Shown: piece after piece, positions 29,050 through 39,031 of the stretch
Layout of the letters: the number at the start of each line of letters is the position of its first letter
Numbering within the stretch: the first letter of the stretch is position 1
Source of the DNA: Syntrophorhabdaceae bacterium
GTDB taxonomy: Bacteria; Desulfobacterota; Syntrophorhabdia; Syntrophorhabdales; Syntrophorhabdaceae
NCBI GenBank assembly: GCA_963665295.1
Contig: OY762209.1
Coordinates: forward strand, 2,464,001 to 2,528,000
DNA: 64,000 nucleotides
Direction of reading: 5' to 3'
Notes under the pieces: generated by a model
What the model saw: only the letters and a program-made list of their open reading frames with translations
Databases searched by the model: none
What the model was told of the DNA's origin: nothing
Made by a program: the position numbers and the translations under genes

Positions 29050-29663
29050 TTGTATTTTTCCCCCTTTCGGTCTATTTCGGACGGGTACCCGACATTGACC
29101 GTGCACATGTCAAGGAGCTTGCCCGATTTGAGACGGATCACCTTTCTCCGGCACTGCTTTTCAACAAGAAGGTATTCGCATGATGCGGCGCGCCTTATCT
29201 CCTTGTTGAGGGCTCCCGCGCCGCCATTGTAGGCCCGGAAGGAGAAGTACCACCCCTTGCACGCGACAATGCCGTACAGGTAATCGTCGTAAAGGATGAG
29301 CGCCCGTATTGCCCACTTCGGGTCATACGGGGCCGCGCTCTCGGAGATTTCTTTCAGGGCCGGTTCCCGGGATTGCATCCAGTCCGCCGTGGCGGGCATG
29401 AACTGACCTAACCCCATGCCGCCGTCAAAGGCAGTGACGCCTTGGTCGCAACGCGATTCCTGCTCAATCTGGCCCATGAAGAGATGGGTGGGCGCTTCCG
29501 GTCCCACCTGGTAGTGGGCCTCACGGACGACCTGAGGCAAATAGCGCTTGCACCGGTCGATTGTCCAGGTACCGCGCCCTTCAGATACCCCAGGCAACAC
29601 CAAGGATAACAGCAAGGTAAAAAGCAGCGCGGAAAGTAAGGATCGCCCTTCTTTCATCTCCAT
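29046..29663 (-). CDS. endolysin, SLT/lytic transglycosylase family, with an N-terminal signal sequence
   Basis: QIEQES, GLGQFMPATA, AYNGG. Confidence 0.9.
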   Translation of the reverse strand: MEMKEGRSLLSALLFTLLLSLVLPGVSEGRGTWTIDRCKRYLPQVVREAHYQVGPEAPTHLFMGQIEQESRCDQGVTAFDGGMGLGQFMPATADWMQSREPALKEISESAAPYDPKWAIRALILYDDYLYGIVACKGWYFSFRAYNGGAGALNKEIRRAASCEYLLVEKQCRRKVIRLKSGKLLDMCTVNVGYPSEIDRKGEKYK

Positions 29664-30042
29664 TCATGGCCTCCGTTTTGCCGAATACCAGTTTGTAAAG
29701 GACCGCCCAGAGAAACTCGGCGAGTCCAACCGCCGCCGTGACGATCACGATCTTGTAGCAAAGGTTCTTTACCGCCTGAGGTCCCATGAGACGCCAGACG
29801 AGAGGAAGCACAACCGCAAGGATTACACCGAAACGCAGAACGTACTTGCCCGTTTCAGTGAGACCTTTGACGGTCATTGAGAGCTGTGTGCAGAGATTAT
29901 CCAGATCATCCCCCAGTCGGGCAGATGCGGGAGGAGCGAGAAGAATCTCCGTGAAGAAGACAGCGATCACCCTTTTCCTCACTGCGGGAATAAACATCAA
30001 CCCTGCAATCGCGATGCACGCTATTACGATGAATACCATCAT
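29581..30042 (-). CDS. putative holin
   Basis: Multi-TM protein directly upstream of, and overlapping, the endolysin. Confidence 0.6.
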   Translation of the reverse strand: MMVFIVIACIAIAGLMFIPAVRKRVIAVFFTEILLAPPASARLGDDLDNLCTQLSMTVKGLTETGKYVLRFGVILAVVLPLVWRLMGPQAVKNLCYKIVIVTAAVGLAEFLWAVLYKLVFGKTEAMNGDERRAILTFRAAFYLAVILGVAWGI

Positions 30043-30045
30043 GAC

Positions 30046-30218
30046 TTACTCCTTTTCCTCGCTCCGGCCTTCCGGAGCTTTCTTTTTACCGAGGGCAATG
30101 AGCATCTGCTCTATCGGTCCACGGTAGAGGCAGCAAAGGAGAGTGACGAACTCTCCGCGCTCCTTTGCCGTGGAATCCTTCCACGCCTGGTCTAGTTTGC
30201 TGCGTCGCGCTTCCCCAT
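30046..30218 (-). pseudogene. small gene apparently broken by a 1-nt deletion
   Basis: AGGAGG RBS and ATG at 30218 give MGKRDAAN*; restoring one A gives MGKRDAAKLDQAWKDSTAKERGEFVTLLCCLYRGPIEQML...EEKE*. Confidence 0.55.
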
Positions 30219-30219
30219 G

Positions 30220-30462
30220 TCAGCCTCCTTTGACCATTCCTCCTGGATTGGGAATGACCACGTTTCCCCCTCCGTTATGCCAGTGATGATTGACCCGGTC
30301 CCAGATATCCTGATGTTCCTCTTTGTTGTCCTTGCAGAATTGCGCGATATTTTCCCTGATCTCTTTTTTCCACACCCTCAGCGAGACGATAAGAGTAGTG
30401 AGGAGGGCCACCGCGGCGGCCACAAGGATCGATAGCACGCACATCCATGCCTGTTCACTCAT
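30220..30462 (-). CDS. small membrane protein of the lysis region
   Basis: One N-terminal TM helix. Confidence 0.7.
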   Translation of the reverse strand: MSEQAWMCVLSILVAAAVALLTTLIVSLRVWKKEIRENIAQFCKDNKEEHQDIWDRVNHHWHNGGGNVVIPNPGGMVKGG

Positions 30463-30989
30463 CGAGGTATCTCCTTGCCTATTTCTTCTTCCACGATCCG
30501 GACGGCGCGGGCTCCGGTGTTGAACTTCTCGAAGCCGTCGGTGAGGTAATCGCGGGGGCCGTATTTGGAGGATGAACCCGTGCCTTCACGGATTACCCGG
30601 GCGTATTCCGCCGAGTCGTAGATTACCGCTTCGTCGGGACCGGCGGTGAAGGTAAGGGCCTTCCCAGCCGTTTTGGATTGGCCGGGGAATAGAAAGTCGA
30701 GGGAGTCGCGGAGAAGTCCGGACCTTACCGGTACAGGGTAACCGCCTGCTCCTTCGAAGCTCCGGAATATCACATCTTCGCCGGATTTCTTTGTGAAGCC
30801 CACATAATCACGGCGCACCTCCTTGCCTGCCCCTCCGGGGCCGGAGAGGAGGGCGTGGGACTCGCGGTGGGAACCGGTGGCGATACGGGTAAGGGCCCGC
30901 TTTATTGCCGTGGGGATCATGACGGCTAAGCGGTCGAGGCCCTCGATGACGATCTTGTCGCCGTCTACGGTAATCTGCAGGTCGAGCAT
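30459..30989 (-). CDS. neck / tail-completion protein (HK97 gp10-like)
   Basis: PVRSGLLRDS, YARVIREGT, PRDYL. Confidence 0.7.
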   Translation of the reverse strand: MLDLQITVDGDKIVIEGLDRLAVMIPTAIKRALTRIATGSHRESHALLSGPGGAGKEVRRDYVGFTKKSGEDVIFRSFEGAGGYPVPVRSGLLRDSLDFLFPGQSKTAGKALTFTAGPDEAVIYDSAEYARVIREGTGSSSKYGPRDYLTDGFEKFNTGARAVRIVEEEIGKEIPR

Positions 30990-31411
30990 TGGTCGCCTCG
31001 CTGATGGGGTTTGTGACGGCCGCTTGTCGCGACCGAGCCGGAATAGTCGTCGGCGCCGGTTTTGGCGATGAGGCGCTCCGCTTCGTCGAGGTAGGCTCTT
31101 TTCTGAGCCCCCTCGTGGGAGATGTCTATTTCGTTGCCCGCGCCTATTGAATTGCCGAGGATGATATTAATCCTCCGCTGGACCAGCTCGGCGGCGACGA
31201 GGCATTTTTCCGCGCGCTTGACGTAGGTCGCGGTGGGGGCTGACGTGGAGGCGTACACATCCGTGCCCACTCTGCTCTCGAGGATCTCCGACTGCTCGGT
31301 GATGATCTCCTGGATGAGGGTGGCAAAATCCTCTTCCGTCTCGCAGAGGGACGGGAAGAGGGCCTGCGAAAAACCGAGAAACGCGATGTCGGATGGGGTG
31401 ACCTTTACCAT
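30965..31411 (-). CDS. probable head-tail adaptor
   Basis: Small helical protein following the capsid gene. Confidence 0.55.
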   Translation of the reverse strand: MVKVTPSDIAFLGFSQALFPSLCETEEDFATLIQEIITEQSEILESRVGTDVYASTSAPTATYVKRAEKCLVAAELVQRRINIILGNSIGAGNEIDISHEGAQKRAYLDEAERLIAKTGADDYSGSVATSGRHKPHQRGDQCSTCRLP

Positions 31412-31425
31412 TTCAGTCCTTTAAT

Positions 31426-31470
31426 CCGGGTCGTCCAGGGAAGGCGGCTAAGCCTTTCGGGACGACCCGG
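31426..31470 (-). terminator. long hairpin after the major capsid gene
   Basis: CCGGGTCGTCC...GGACGACCCGG with an inner AAGGC/GCCTT stem. Confidence 0.55.
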
Positions 31471-31483
31471 AGGTTGATCGTGG

Positions 31484-32464
31484 TTACGACAGGGCGCAAC
31501 GCTTATGCTGTTTCGCCTCGCCGATGACGGGGTTGTAGGCCCCGGTCCAGACGTGATCCGCGCCGAGGGCAAGTTCGTTCCTCTGCGGGGGTCTCAGGTT
31601 GAAGTCTTCCCATTCGCCGCGCATGTTCTTGCCGCCGGGGAGGCTCACATAGTAGCTCGTATTCACGATCTTCGAAGTGGCAATGACGTTCCTGATGTTC
31701 CAGATGATCTTCTTGTTGTTCGTGTTCGGGTTGAGGTAACCCGCGTAAAGGGCCATGAGAATGCGCTCCTTTATCGTGGGGTTGACGGTGATGTCAAACT
31801 GCGAATTCTCATCCACCGCGTAACCCGCGTCGGTAAGGTCCTGAAGTATGCCCGCGCAGGCCGCGTTGATGGTCGAAATGTCGTCGGTGACGAAAGCCTG
31901 GTTGACGGCGGAACTCAAGGCGGTAAGAAGCCCGTAGTGAATGGTGGCCTTTTTGTCGAACCAGTTTCGGGTGGTGTCCGCGAAAAGCTGATCGATCAGG
32001 TAATACTGGTTGAACCTGAGCCAGTCGTCGAGGATGGCGAAACCGCCGGTGAAACGGAGAAAACTTACAAGGGCTACCGCGGCTTTGGGCAGCTTGGAGA
32101 GCTTCGCCTCTTCACCTGGTCGCTGCTGGTAGAAAGTGACCCCGCCACTGACGTCGATTATTTTGAACGTGTCGTTTGAGGAGGCGCGCATGTCCACTTC
32201 ATCGAAGAGGACCTCGTATCCCCTGTCCGGACTCTTGAGCTGGTCGCTCATCACGAGGGCCACGGGAGCGGCGGGCATGAGGTTGGCGTCGTGCCCGACA
32301 ATCTTCTGGCCGTCTACCGTGGCGGCAGCATACTTCTTTACCGGGTCGCCCTGTATCTTTCCGAGGGCCTTGCAGAGAGCGTCGACGATCGCATCGACCC
32401 GCTCGGCCGGGGGGATTTCCTTGATCTTTGCCCAATTAATTACTTTAACTCCGAAAAGTTTCAT
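31484..32464 (-). CDS. major capsid protein (probable)
   Basis: 326 aa in the head module after the protease and decoration genes; PGEEAK..FTGGFAI..W pattern. Confidence 0.7.
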   Translation of the reverse strand: MKLFGVKVINWAKIKEIPPAERVDAIVDALCKALGKIQGDPVKKYAAATVDGQKIVGHDANLMPAAPVALVMSDQLKSPDRGYEVLFDEVDMRASSNDTFKIIDVSGGVTFYQQRPGEEAKLSKLPKAAVALVSFLRFTGGFAILDDWLRFNQYYLIDQLFADTTRNWFDKKATIHYGLLTALSSAVNQAFVTDDISTINAACAGILQDLTDAGYAVDENSQFDITVNPTIKERILMALYAGYLNPNTNNKKIIWNIRNVIATSKIVNTSYYVSLPGGKNMRGEWEDFNLRPPQRNELALGADHVWTGAYNPVIGEAKQHKRCALS

Positions 32465-32493
32465 CTCTCAACCTCCTTGTAAGGTCTGCGTGG

Positions 32494-33456
32494 TTAGCTC
32501 GTGAGCACCTTGCGTTTGTATTCTATCCAGGCCGCGTGCAGGTAGACCGCGTCGCCCGCGTGGGCTTCCGGCATGAGCACAAGGGTCATGTTGGCGTTTG
32601 TCTGATTTGGGGGGAGATCGGCGGCGAGGATCGTCGCGGTCAACTCCGCTTTTGCCAAGGCTATGAGGTTTGCGGCCGCTGCCGACGGGAAGCAGTCAAC
32701 ATCGCTTTCGCCGAAATAGGCCTCTCCATCCATGTGGACCGTGTTCGCATCGGCGTCCTTGGACGTGAGGAAGTGGACCACCAGGTTGGCGGTAAGGTCC
32801 ACGTCAGGGGGAAGAATGACCTGGGCCGCGATCTGGTCCGTGTTGCCTGCCGCCCATGCGAGCCTCATAGCGTCGCCGTCTCCGATCATCGAAAGGATGG
32901 GGGTCGTGTCGATGGCGAGTACCCCGCCGTTACCTGCGGCGTTGATGAAGACACCGGCGGCGAGTTCACGGAAGGAAGTAAGGGGAACGGGAATGAACCC
33001 CTGAATGCTCTTGAGGTGCTGGTAAATCTCCTGAAGGGCGGCTTCCACGTCTGTGTGCGCGGTGAACTGGCCCGCGTCGCTGATCGAAACGTCGGAGGCG
33101 GGCGGCGCGAGGACGTGGTTGGGAAAGATAACCATAACTATCTCGGTAGCCGACGTTCCTGCCGCTTCAAGGCAGATGCCTGCGAGGGTGGTAGCCACGG
33201 TGACCTTCGTCATTTTGCCCGCGGAGGCATCCCAGTAACACCGGTCGCCGGGGGCGAAAGAGGTACCCGTCACCTTGGGCATGATGGCCTTGCCCAGGTA
33301 CACGTAGGAGTTGATCACATTCGCGAGGGCGTCATTAATCGCCACGAGGACGTTTCCGTTCGAGACGATGATATCTCCCGCCTCAACTTCGGCGGTGTGG
33401 GCGAGGATCAGAGTCCTCGCGTTCTGGATGCTGTCGGTGATGGTTCCTGTGGCCAT
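32494..33456 (-). CDS. capsid decoration/cement protein (DUF2190-like N-terminus plus an extra C-terminal domain)
   Basis: VEAGDII...MPKVTGTSFAPGDRCYWD...LAGICLEAA. Confidence 0.7.
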   Translation of the reverse strand: MATGTITDSIQNARTLILAHTAEVEAGDIIVSNGNVLVAINDALANVINSYVYLGKAIMPKVTGTSFAPGDRCYWDASAGKMTKVTVATTLAGICLEAAGTSATEIVMVIFPNHVLAPPASDVSISDAGQFTAHTDVEAALQEIYQHLKSIQGFIPVPLTSFRELAAGVFINAAGNGGVLAIDTTPILSMIGDGDAMRLAWAAGNTDQIAAQVILPPDVDLTANLVVHFLTSKDADANTVHMDGEAYFGESDVDCFPSAAAANLIALAKAELTATILAADLPPNQTNANMTLVLMPEAHAGDAVYLHAAWIEYKRKVLTS

Positions 33457-33506
33457 GGTATCCTCCTTGAAGGCTGTTTTCGGTATCGGCCGTCAAAACG
33501 GCTTGT

Positions 33507-34688
33507 TTACTCCTCGTCCGCGAGGGGGTTCTTTTTCCGCCAGCTTTTTTCCCCTCTCGCGAGATCGTCCGATTTGTCGCGCCGGTCGTCGCTTGCCAGC
33601 TCTTTTTCATTGGGGAACTTTTCGAAGACCCGGTCTTCGAGGGACTTGACCTCGGACTGGAGGAAATCTATCGGGTAGGTCGCGGCCACGGCCTTGACCT
33701 TGTCCTGGGCCTCGGGGGTTTCGGCCACTTCGCCGAGTTTGGCTTTCGACGTCACATATTTGCCGACCAGGTCGTCACGGAAGGCCTTGCCGTCGGCGGC
33801 AAGGGGGGCGAGTTCCGCGATCTTCGCGTCTTTCTTTCCGAGGTCGGTGGTGAGGGCAGCTATTTTGCCGTCCCGTTCGTCCATGGCGACTTTTATCGCG
33901 TCAATGGCCTGAGCGTCGGTCATTCCGTCAGTGATGACCTTTCCGAGAGATTTAAGGTACATTTTCAGAAATTCGTTCATGGTGGTCTTCCCTCCTTCGG
34001 GTTTCTCCGTTTCTTTATGTGGGCGATCTCCTTCATGAGTGGGGTCGGCTTTGTCGTTCCCTGCGCTTTTTATCCCCGCGCCTGGCTGGGCTCCGAGGTA
34101 GACGAGTGAGCCTTCAGTCGCCTCTCCCCGGCCCTGGTACTCGTAGTAAAGGACCGTGCCCTTCGGGTCCGTGATGGGAACCAAGCGCTCGGCCCGGTAG
34201 CCTCCGGAAGCAAAATCGAACACACCAGCGTCGATCTTGACGATCGTCTTCGGGTCGACGCCTTCCTTGGCAATGTAGAACCAGGGAGCCACGAAAAGGA
34301 CGTCTGTTACCCCGGCGGGCAGCTCGATCTCTTCACCCGTGATCCTCTTGGCTTCCTCAAGAGAAACGGTCTCGATAACGGAGTCAAAGAACTTGCCTAT
34401 CGCCTTGTCCCCCACGTTGTATTTGCCGTGGTCGAGGAGAAAGGTCTTGCGGACAATCGTGGTGTTGAAGTGCTGAAGGATTTCCTCGTTGAACCGCTCG
34501 TTGTCGCGGTCGATGGCGTTGTGGTAGAGCCAGAGCTGGCCCACATAAAGCTCGGGGGCGGTGAAGATCCGGCGGGTGAACACGTTGATCTTGCCGAGTT
34601 GCTCCTCGGTGGCGTCGGAAGAAGTGTTCCGGAGGCCCGCAAACTTGAGGGCCTTGGTCTTCTCGATCCATTTGACGGGCTTGGTCAT
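33507..34688 (-). CDS. prohead protease / scaffold protein
   Basis: IDRDNERF, FLLDH, EGSLVYLGAQPGAG; coiled-coil C-terminus. Confidence 0.8.
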   Translation of the reverse strand: MTKPVKWIEKTKALKFAGLRNTSSDATEEQLGKINVFTRRIFTAPELYVGQLWLYHNAIDRDNERFNEEILQHFNTTIVRKTFLLDHGKYNVGDKAIGKFFDSVIETVSLEEAKRITGEEIELPAGVTDVLFVAPWFYIAKEGVDPKTIVKIDAGVFDFASGGYRAERLVPITDPKGTVLYYEYQGRGEATEGSLVYLGAQPGAGIKSAGNDKADPTHEGDRPHKETEKPEGGKTTMNEFLKMYLKSLGKVITDGMTDAQAIDAIKVAMDERDGKIAALTTDLGKKDAKIAELAPLAADGKAFRDDLVGKYVTSKAKLGEVAETPEAQDKVKAVAATYPIDFLQSEVKSLEDRVFEKFPNEKELASDDRRDKSDDLARGEKSWRKKNPLADEE

Positions 34689-34900
34689 ATCTTCATCCCC
34701 TTTTGGCGAAGAATGGCGAGAACATCTTCGCCGCTCACTGATTCACGTTTCGGGGGGGACTTCTTCGGGGTCTCTTCCGGTTTTTTGGTGTCGGATGAGG
34801 CTTTGATTCCTTCGACTTCGAAGGTGGGGTCTTCAAATTCCCGGTTATCGGCCGTGGCCGTGTTGGTCAATCTGTTGTCTTTAGCCTTCTTGCCGCTCAT
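34685..34900 (-). CDS. small hypothetical protein
   Basis: AAGGAG RBS; ATGA coupling to the protease gene. Confidence 0.65.
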   Translation of the reverse strand: MSGKKAKDNRLTNTATADNREFEDPTFEVEGIKASSDTKKPEETPKKSPPKRESVSGEDVLAILRQKGMKI

Positions 34901-34931
34901 GGTCCGCTCCTTTCGGTCGTTAAAATGACTG

Positions 34932-34969
34932 TATCACTGTGGTGTGAAACGTTCCGGCAGATCGTTGCA
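34932..34969 (-). promoter_or_regulatory. putative late promoter, copy B
   Basis: TGCAACGATCTGCCGGAACGTTTC-N8-GTGATA. Confidence 0.7.
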
Positions 34970-34975
34970 CTTTTT

Positions 34976-37090
34976 TCACGATCCGCTCACCTCACTCGCG
35001 GCCGGGCGGGTGCTGCAACGGTCGCGGGGGTGAGTATCCTTGCCGGGGATGGGGCATTTGTCGATGTCATATTCTCCCGCGAGGGATTGGCAGAGAGGGC
35101 ACGCGTCGGGGGCCGGGACGAACTCGACTCGCTTGATTTTCCATTCGCGCCACTCGTCGAGCTTGGCCGTTTCGGCGGACATAGTCATTTCCGTGCGGGC
35201 GAGGCGCTCCCAGTCGCTGTTCTGGGCCCCAAATATGGATTCGAGGCGGGCTGCCACGTGACGGGGGTTCGTGCCTGCGAGGGCCTGAGCTTCCATCTCG
35301 GGGAGGATCTGGTTCGTGATCATCCGGGTCGCGTTGTCCTTCACCAGGGTGAAGCCGGCGGCGCACAGTTGGTTGTAAATCTCTGCGTTCTTGATAATGT
35401 CGAGGATGGGGCGCGACCCACCGGCGATCTTTGCCGCCTGGATGAGGCCGAGGCTGTAGGACTGGCCGTAGTACCACCTGACGGGGGAATCGGTCGCCTC
35501 GGGGGCGTACCGGCCTGCCACTTCGCGGAGAGCCTTCATGATCGCGGCGCGGTGTTCGTCGGTGAAGGTGAATATGTCGATGAGGGGCGGGGTTTCGTCT
35601 TTCTCGCCTAGGGTACCCGCCGCTTTCGCGGGAAGACGGGATTGAGGCGCGGAATCGGAGAGTTTGAGGATGGTGAATACCCGGGCCTTGAGGTCGGACC
35701 AGTCGGCCTGAAGCCGGTCCTGGTATTCCGTCTCCACCTGGTCGAGTTCCGGCCAGGGATGGGGACGGTTGATTTCTTTGCAGCCGCACACGCAGGCGGG
35801 AGCGTGGAGGAGTTTGTCGCCCGATGGTATGGACTTCGCGGGTGTGCCGGTGACGGTGATCGCGGACGTACCGTTTGCCATTTGCTGGTAGTACATGTCG
35901 GCCTGGGCGTTCATGAAGCGGGCCTGGGCTTGTTTGAGGACGTCGCGGAGGTTGACCTGCGCCCATTTCAAGGTCCAGTCGCCTTTCTTCCATGTGCGGC
36001 CCCGGAGAAGGAGAAGAGTCCGGATCAGGTTGTAGAAGTGGGGCATCTTCGCGGCCTGACGGGTGGAGATGTCGGCGAGAAGTACTTCAGCCTCGTTGTC
36101 GGCGAGGCGCTCCGTGGTGGACCACTGGAGGCCCAGGGTCCACGGGGGGAGGCCTGTTTTCGCGACGATCTGCTCGATTACGTGCCGGGCAGGGACTTCG
36201 AGGGCCAGCTCCTCACCTTCCGACCCGATCACCTTGATCTCGATGTTCGAGTCTTTGTCGATGGCCCGGACGAAATCGGCCGATTTTCCTTCACGCTTCG
36301 CGCGAATGGCGCTGTTGAATTCGTCCTGAATCTTATCCCGGCGGGCGGCGAGGTCTGTGCCGTCACGGCGGCTTGTCTTGTAAACAATACTGAAGGATGG
36401 GTCCCCGAAGCGCTCCCAGACGTTGAGTAAGCTGTTGTGCATGGTGACGAGGATCTTTGAAACAAATTCGCAGCTCCTCATGAGGGGGGTGCCAAAGGGG
36501 TTCTGGTTTTCATTGCCCACGCTGAAATAGATAAGGTTTGCGGGGTCGAGCTTCCTCCAGTCGATGTCATTGTCCGCCCGCTGGAAGATATCGAGGCCCG
36601 TGTCGGTGCGCTTGAAGGTGATGAATTTGGAATCTCCCACGCGCAGCTGCTCGATGTCGTTCCGGCGGCGGTTGGGGACAGACTCGCCCAGGACGAAGCC
36701 CTGCTCCTGGGCTTCGTTGGTGAGATTCTGGTGGAAGGCCTGAAGGCCTTTCTGAATATCGTTCACGGGCACATTGTAGACCCAGTCTTTTATCTCCTCC
36801 ACGAGGGGGCCGTTTTCGCCTTCCACTTCGATGTGGCCGTCGAGGGTGACAAGGCGGTTGATCGCGGCGTCGATGATGGGAATGGCTTCGCGCAAGAACT
36901 CGTAAAAGTAGGGGTCCACCTTGCGGGCGATGTAGTTCGCGAAGATCCGCGTGTACGGCCCCTGCCCGTCGCGTGGGCGCATCTGCCAGCCGGTGGAGTC
37001 TGTGGGGCGGGCGGACGCGGCCTTGCGGCCTCCGGGGATGAATAATTGGCGGACAAAGGGAGTGCGCAGGTTAAAGCCGAATAGGTTCAT
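34976..37090 (-). CDS. portal protein fused to a Mu gpF-like minor head domain
   Basis: Follows the terminase; NPFGTPL, GLPPWTLG; C-terminal RLARTE...DACPLC...THPRDRC. Confidence 0.8.
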   Translation of the reverse strand: MNLFGFNLRTPFVRQLFIPGGRKAASARPTDSTGWQMRPRDGQGPYTRIFANYIARKVDPYFYEFLREAIPIIDAAINRLVTLDGHIEVEGENGPLVEEIKDWVYNVPVNDIQKGLQAFHQNLTNEAQEQGFVLGESVPNRRRNDIEQLRVGDSKFITFKRTDTGLDIFQRADNDIDWRKLDPANLIYFSVGNENQNPFGTPLMRSCEFVSKILVTMHNSLLNVWERFGDPSFSIVYKTSRRDGTDLAARRDKIQDEFNSAIRAKREGKSADFVRAIDKDSNIEIKVIGSEGEELALEVPARHVIEQIVAKTGLPPWTLGLQWSTTERLADNEAEVLLADISTRQAAKMPHFYNLIRTLLLLRGRTWKKGDWTLKWAQVNLRDVLKQAQARFMNAQADMYYQQMANGTSAITVTGTPAKSIPSGDKLLHAPACVCGCKEINRPHPWPELDQVETEYQDRLQADWSDLKARVFTILKLSDSAPQSRLPAKAAGTLGEKDETPPLIDIFTFTDEHRAAIMKALREVAGRYAPEATDSPVRWYYGQSYSLGLIQAAKIAGGSRPILDIIKNAEIYNQLCAAGFTLVKDNATRMITNQILPEMEAQALAGTNPRHVAARLESIFGAQNSDWERLARTEMTMSAETAKLDEWREWKIKRVEFVPAPDACPLCQSLAGEYDIDKCPIPGKDTHPRDRCSTRPAASEVSGS

Positions 37091-37114
37091 GGGGTGGCCT
37101 CCAAATTTTATCAA

Positions 37115-39031
37115 TCATGCGAATAGGTCCTCTATGTCAGCCGCCAGGAGATGTGCTAATATCTGCGCCCGGTCGGCGTCAAGAAGGTGGTCGTCTTCCT
37201 TCTTGTAGATCCGGTGCTTGCCGCCGGTGCGGACCGTGTGATTCGTGTAAAAGAGGATCACGTCAGGGTCAGGGGGGTATTCCAGCTCTCCGCGCTGCAT
37301 TTTCTTGACGAGGATGTCCGTGGCCAATTCCTTGAGGGTGATCTTCGACGGTTTGCCGGTTTTGGCGTCGATGATGGGCTCACCGTCCTCGTCCACGTTG
37401 TCCGTGGTTGATTCGAACTGGAAGCCCTTGAGACGGTCGTCATATTCCTTATGCTTGTAAATGTCGAGGCCCTGCAGGTCGTGGGCGACGGCCGACCCCG
37501 CATTCCCGAAGTCTGTCCCCCACGCGAGGGCCTCGCGTGGCCCGTAAATGTCGTCTAGGGCATTCAATGCCTGACATTGCTGGTCGTAGGTTACGTGCTT
37601 GAGCTGGAGGCGGCCTACCTTCCGGTCCCGCTTTCCGATAATGGAGGTTATCCACATCTCCGTTTCATCGTCGGAGAAGCCGAAATCACCGCCGCCTCGC
37701 TTCTGACCGGGGACAGGGTTGAAAAAGGACTTGATGAGACGGGTAAATTCGGACTCACCGTCCGTGAGGTCAAAAAACGTGGACATCAGGTATCCGGTGT
37801 CGACCAAAAATTCCACCTGGGGGATGGGGCCGTTTTCGCCTACCACGTAGTGGCAGCGGAAGCCCCGGACTATTACCTCGTTGTTCGAGGCGTCGACGAG
37901 GATCTTCATCGCGCGGTATTCAGGGATGTCCTTTATGCAGTATTTGAACTGGTGCCATGGGAAGACAGTATGCTCCGGATCGCCGTCCTCGCCGAGGACG
38001 TTATGCTTGTATCCAGGAGAGTCTTCGCCGCCGTACTGGTCGACGAAGAAACGACGGCGGTCGTCATTCCAGTAGGGGTCGGGCATGAGGCTTTTAGGCC
38101 ACTGGAAGAGTCTGAATTTAAGATTCTTGATGTGGCCGGAAACGTCCTTAAAAGATTCAACCGATTCCTCCTTCTTTTCGGTGGGCGATGGAGCGGCGCT
38201 CGGGGGCCTGCCTTTCTTGGGGGTGTTCATTGCGGCGCGCTGGCCCAGGCGGTAGAATTCGCACGAGCGGTCCCCGTCGGGCACGCTGTAGATGCGGGCG
38301 ACGCAGCCTGGCTTCATGGCTCGCCAGAATTCGGACCACTGCATGACGTTCTTATCCTTCGCCGCCTCGTCTTTGATGGCGAAGGTACGGGCGTGGACGC
38401 CCCTGTAGGCCTGACCGTCGAAGCCAGAGGGGCGGAAGTCGAGCTTGAACCCATTCCTGCCGTAAAAGGCGTGGTGCGGGTGCTTCTTCCAGCCGTCCTT
38501 GATCCGGCGGTGCCAGCGCATGTCACCGAGGTCGGGGTTCCAGTTGAACTGGTCGTCCATCCCCTCGATGATCTCCTCCAGATGGGTCTGCTGGGGCGCT
38601 CCGATCAAACCGGAGCCGTTGGGAACCGTGCAAAAGAGGTACGTGGCAAGGGCGACAATCTCGCGGGTCTTGCCGATCTCCGCGGCGTCCTTGTGGACCA
38701 CGTTGCCCGGGTACCGGAGACTCTCCACCTGGAAGTCCCAGAAGCTGTAGGGCTCGTCATGGTCCGGGTCTTCGGGCTCCCGGAGGAAGGCGATGCACCA
38801 GAGAAAGGGGTCGGAGGAGATGCAGCCAAGCTGAAAGTCCTTGAGGGATTCGAAGGGAGGGGGCATCTCGCCCCGAGCAAGCTGGTGGTATGTCCAGTCG
38901 AACAGCTCCATCCAGGGTTCAAAATGCTCCGGGGGAACGATTATCTCCTTTCGCACGAAGTCCCTGAGGCGCAGGGGCTCAAGGGGAGCAGGCGCGGCCC
39001 GGGGAGAGGCGCTACTCGTCGTCGCCGGCAT
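37115..39031 (-). CDS. terL: terminase large subunit
   Basis: Deviant Walker A AAEIGKT, Walker B AIKDEAA, IYSVPDG, nuclease motifs GGDFG and DDHLLDA. Confidence 0.85.
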   Translation of the reverse strand: MPATTSSASPRAAPAPLEPLRLRDFVRKEIIVPPEHFEPWMELFDWTYHQLARGEMPPPFESLKDFQLGCISSDPFLWCIAFLREPEDPDHDEPYSFWDFQVESLRYPGNVVHKDAAEIGKTREIVALATYLFCTVPNGSGLIGAPQQTHLEEIIEGMDDQFNWNPDLGDMRWHRRIKDGWKKHPHHAFYGRNGFKLDFRPSGFDGQAYRGVHARTFAIKDEAAKDKNVMQWSEFWRAMKPGCVARIYSVPDGDRSCEFYRLGQRAAMNTPKKGRPPSAAPSPTEKKEESVESFKDVSGHIKNLKFRLFQWPKSLMPDPYWNDDRRRFFVDQYGGEDSPGYKHNVLGEDGDPEHTVFPWHQFKYCIKDIPEYRAMKILVDASNNEVIVRGFRCHYVVGENGPIPQVEFLVDTGYLMSTFFDLTDGESEFTRLIKSFFNPVPGQKRGGGDFGFSDDETEMWITSIIGKRDRKVGRLQLKHVTYDQQCQALNALDDIYGPREALAWGTDFGNAGSAVAHDLQGLDIYKHKEYDDRLKGFQFESTTDNVDEDGEPIIDAKTGKPSKITLKELATDILVKKMQRGELEYPPDPDVILFYTNHTVRTGGKHRIYKKEDDHLLDADRAQILAHLLAADIEDLFA

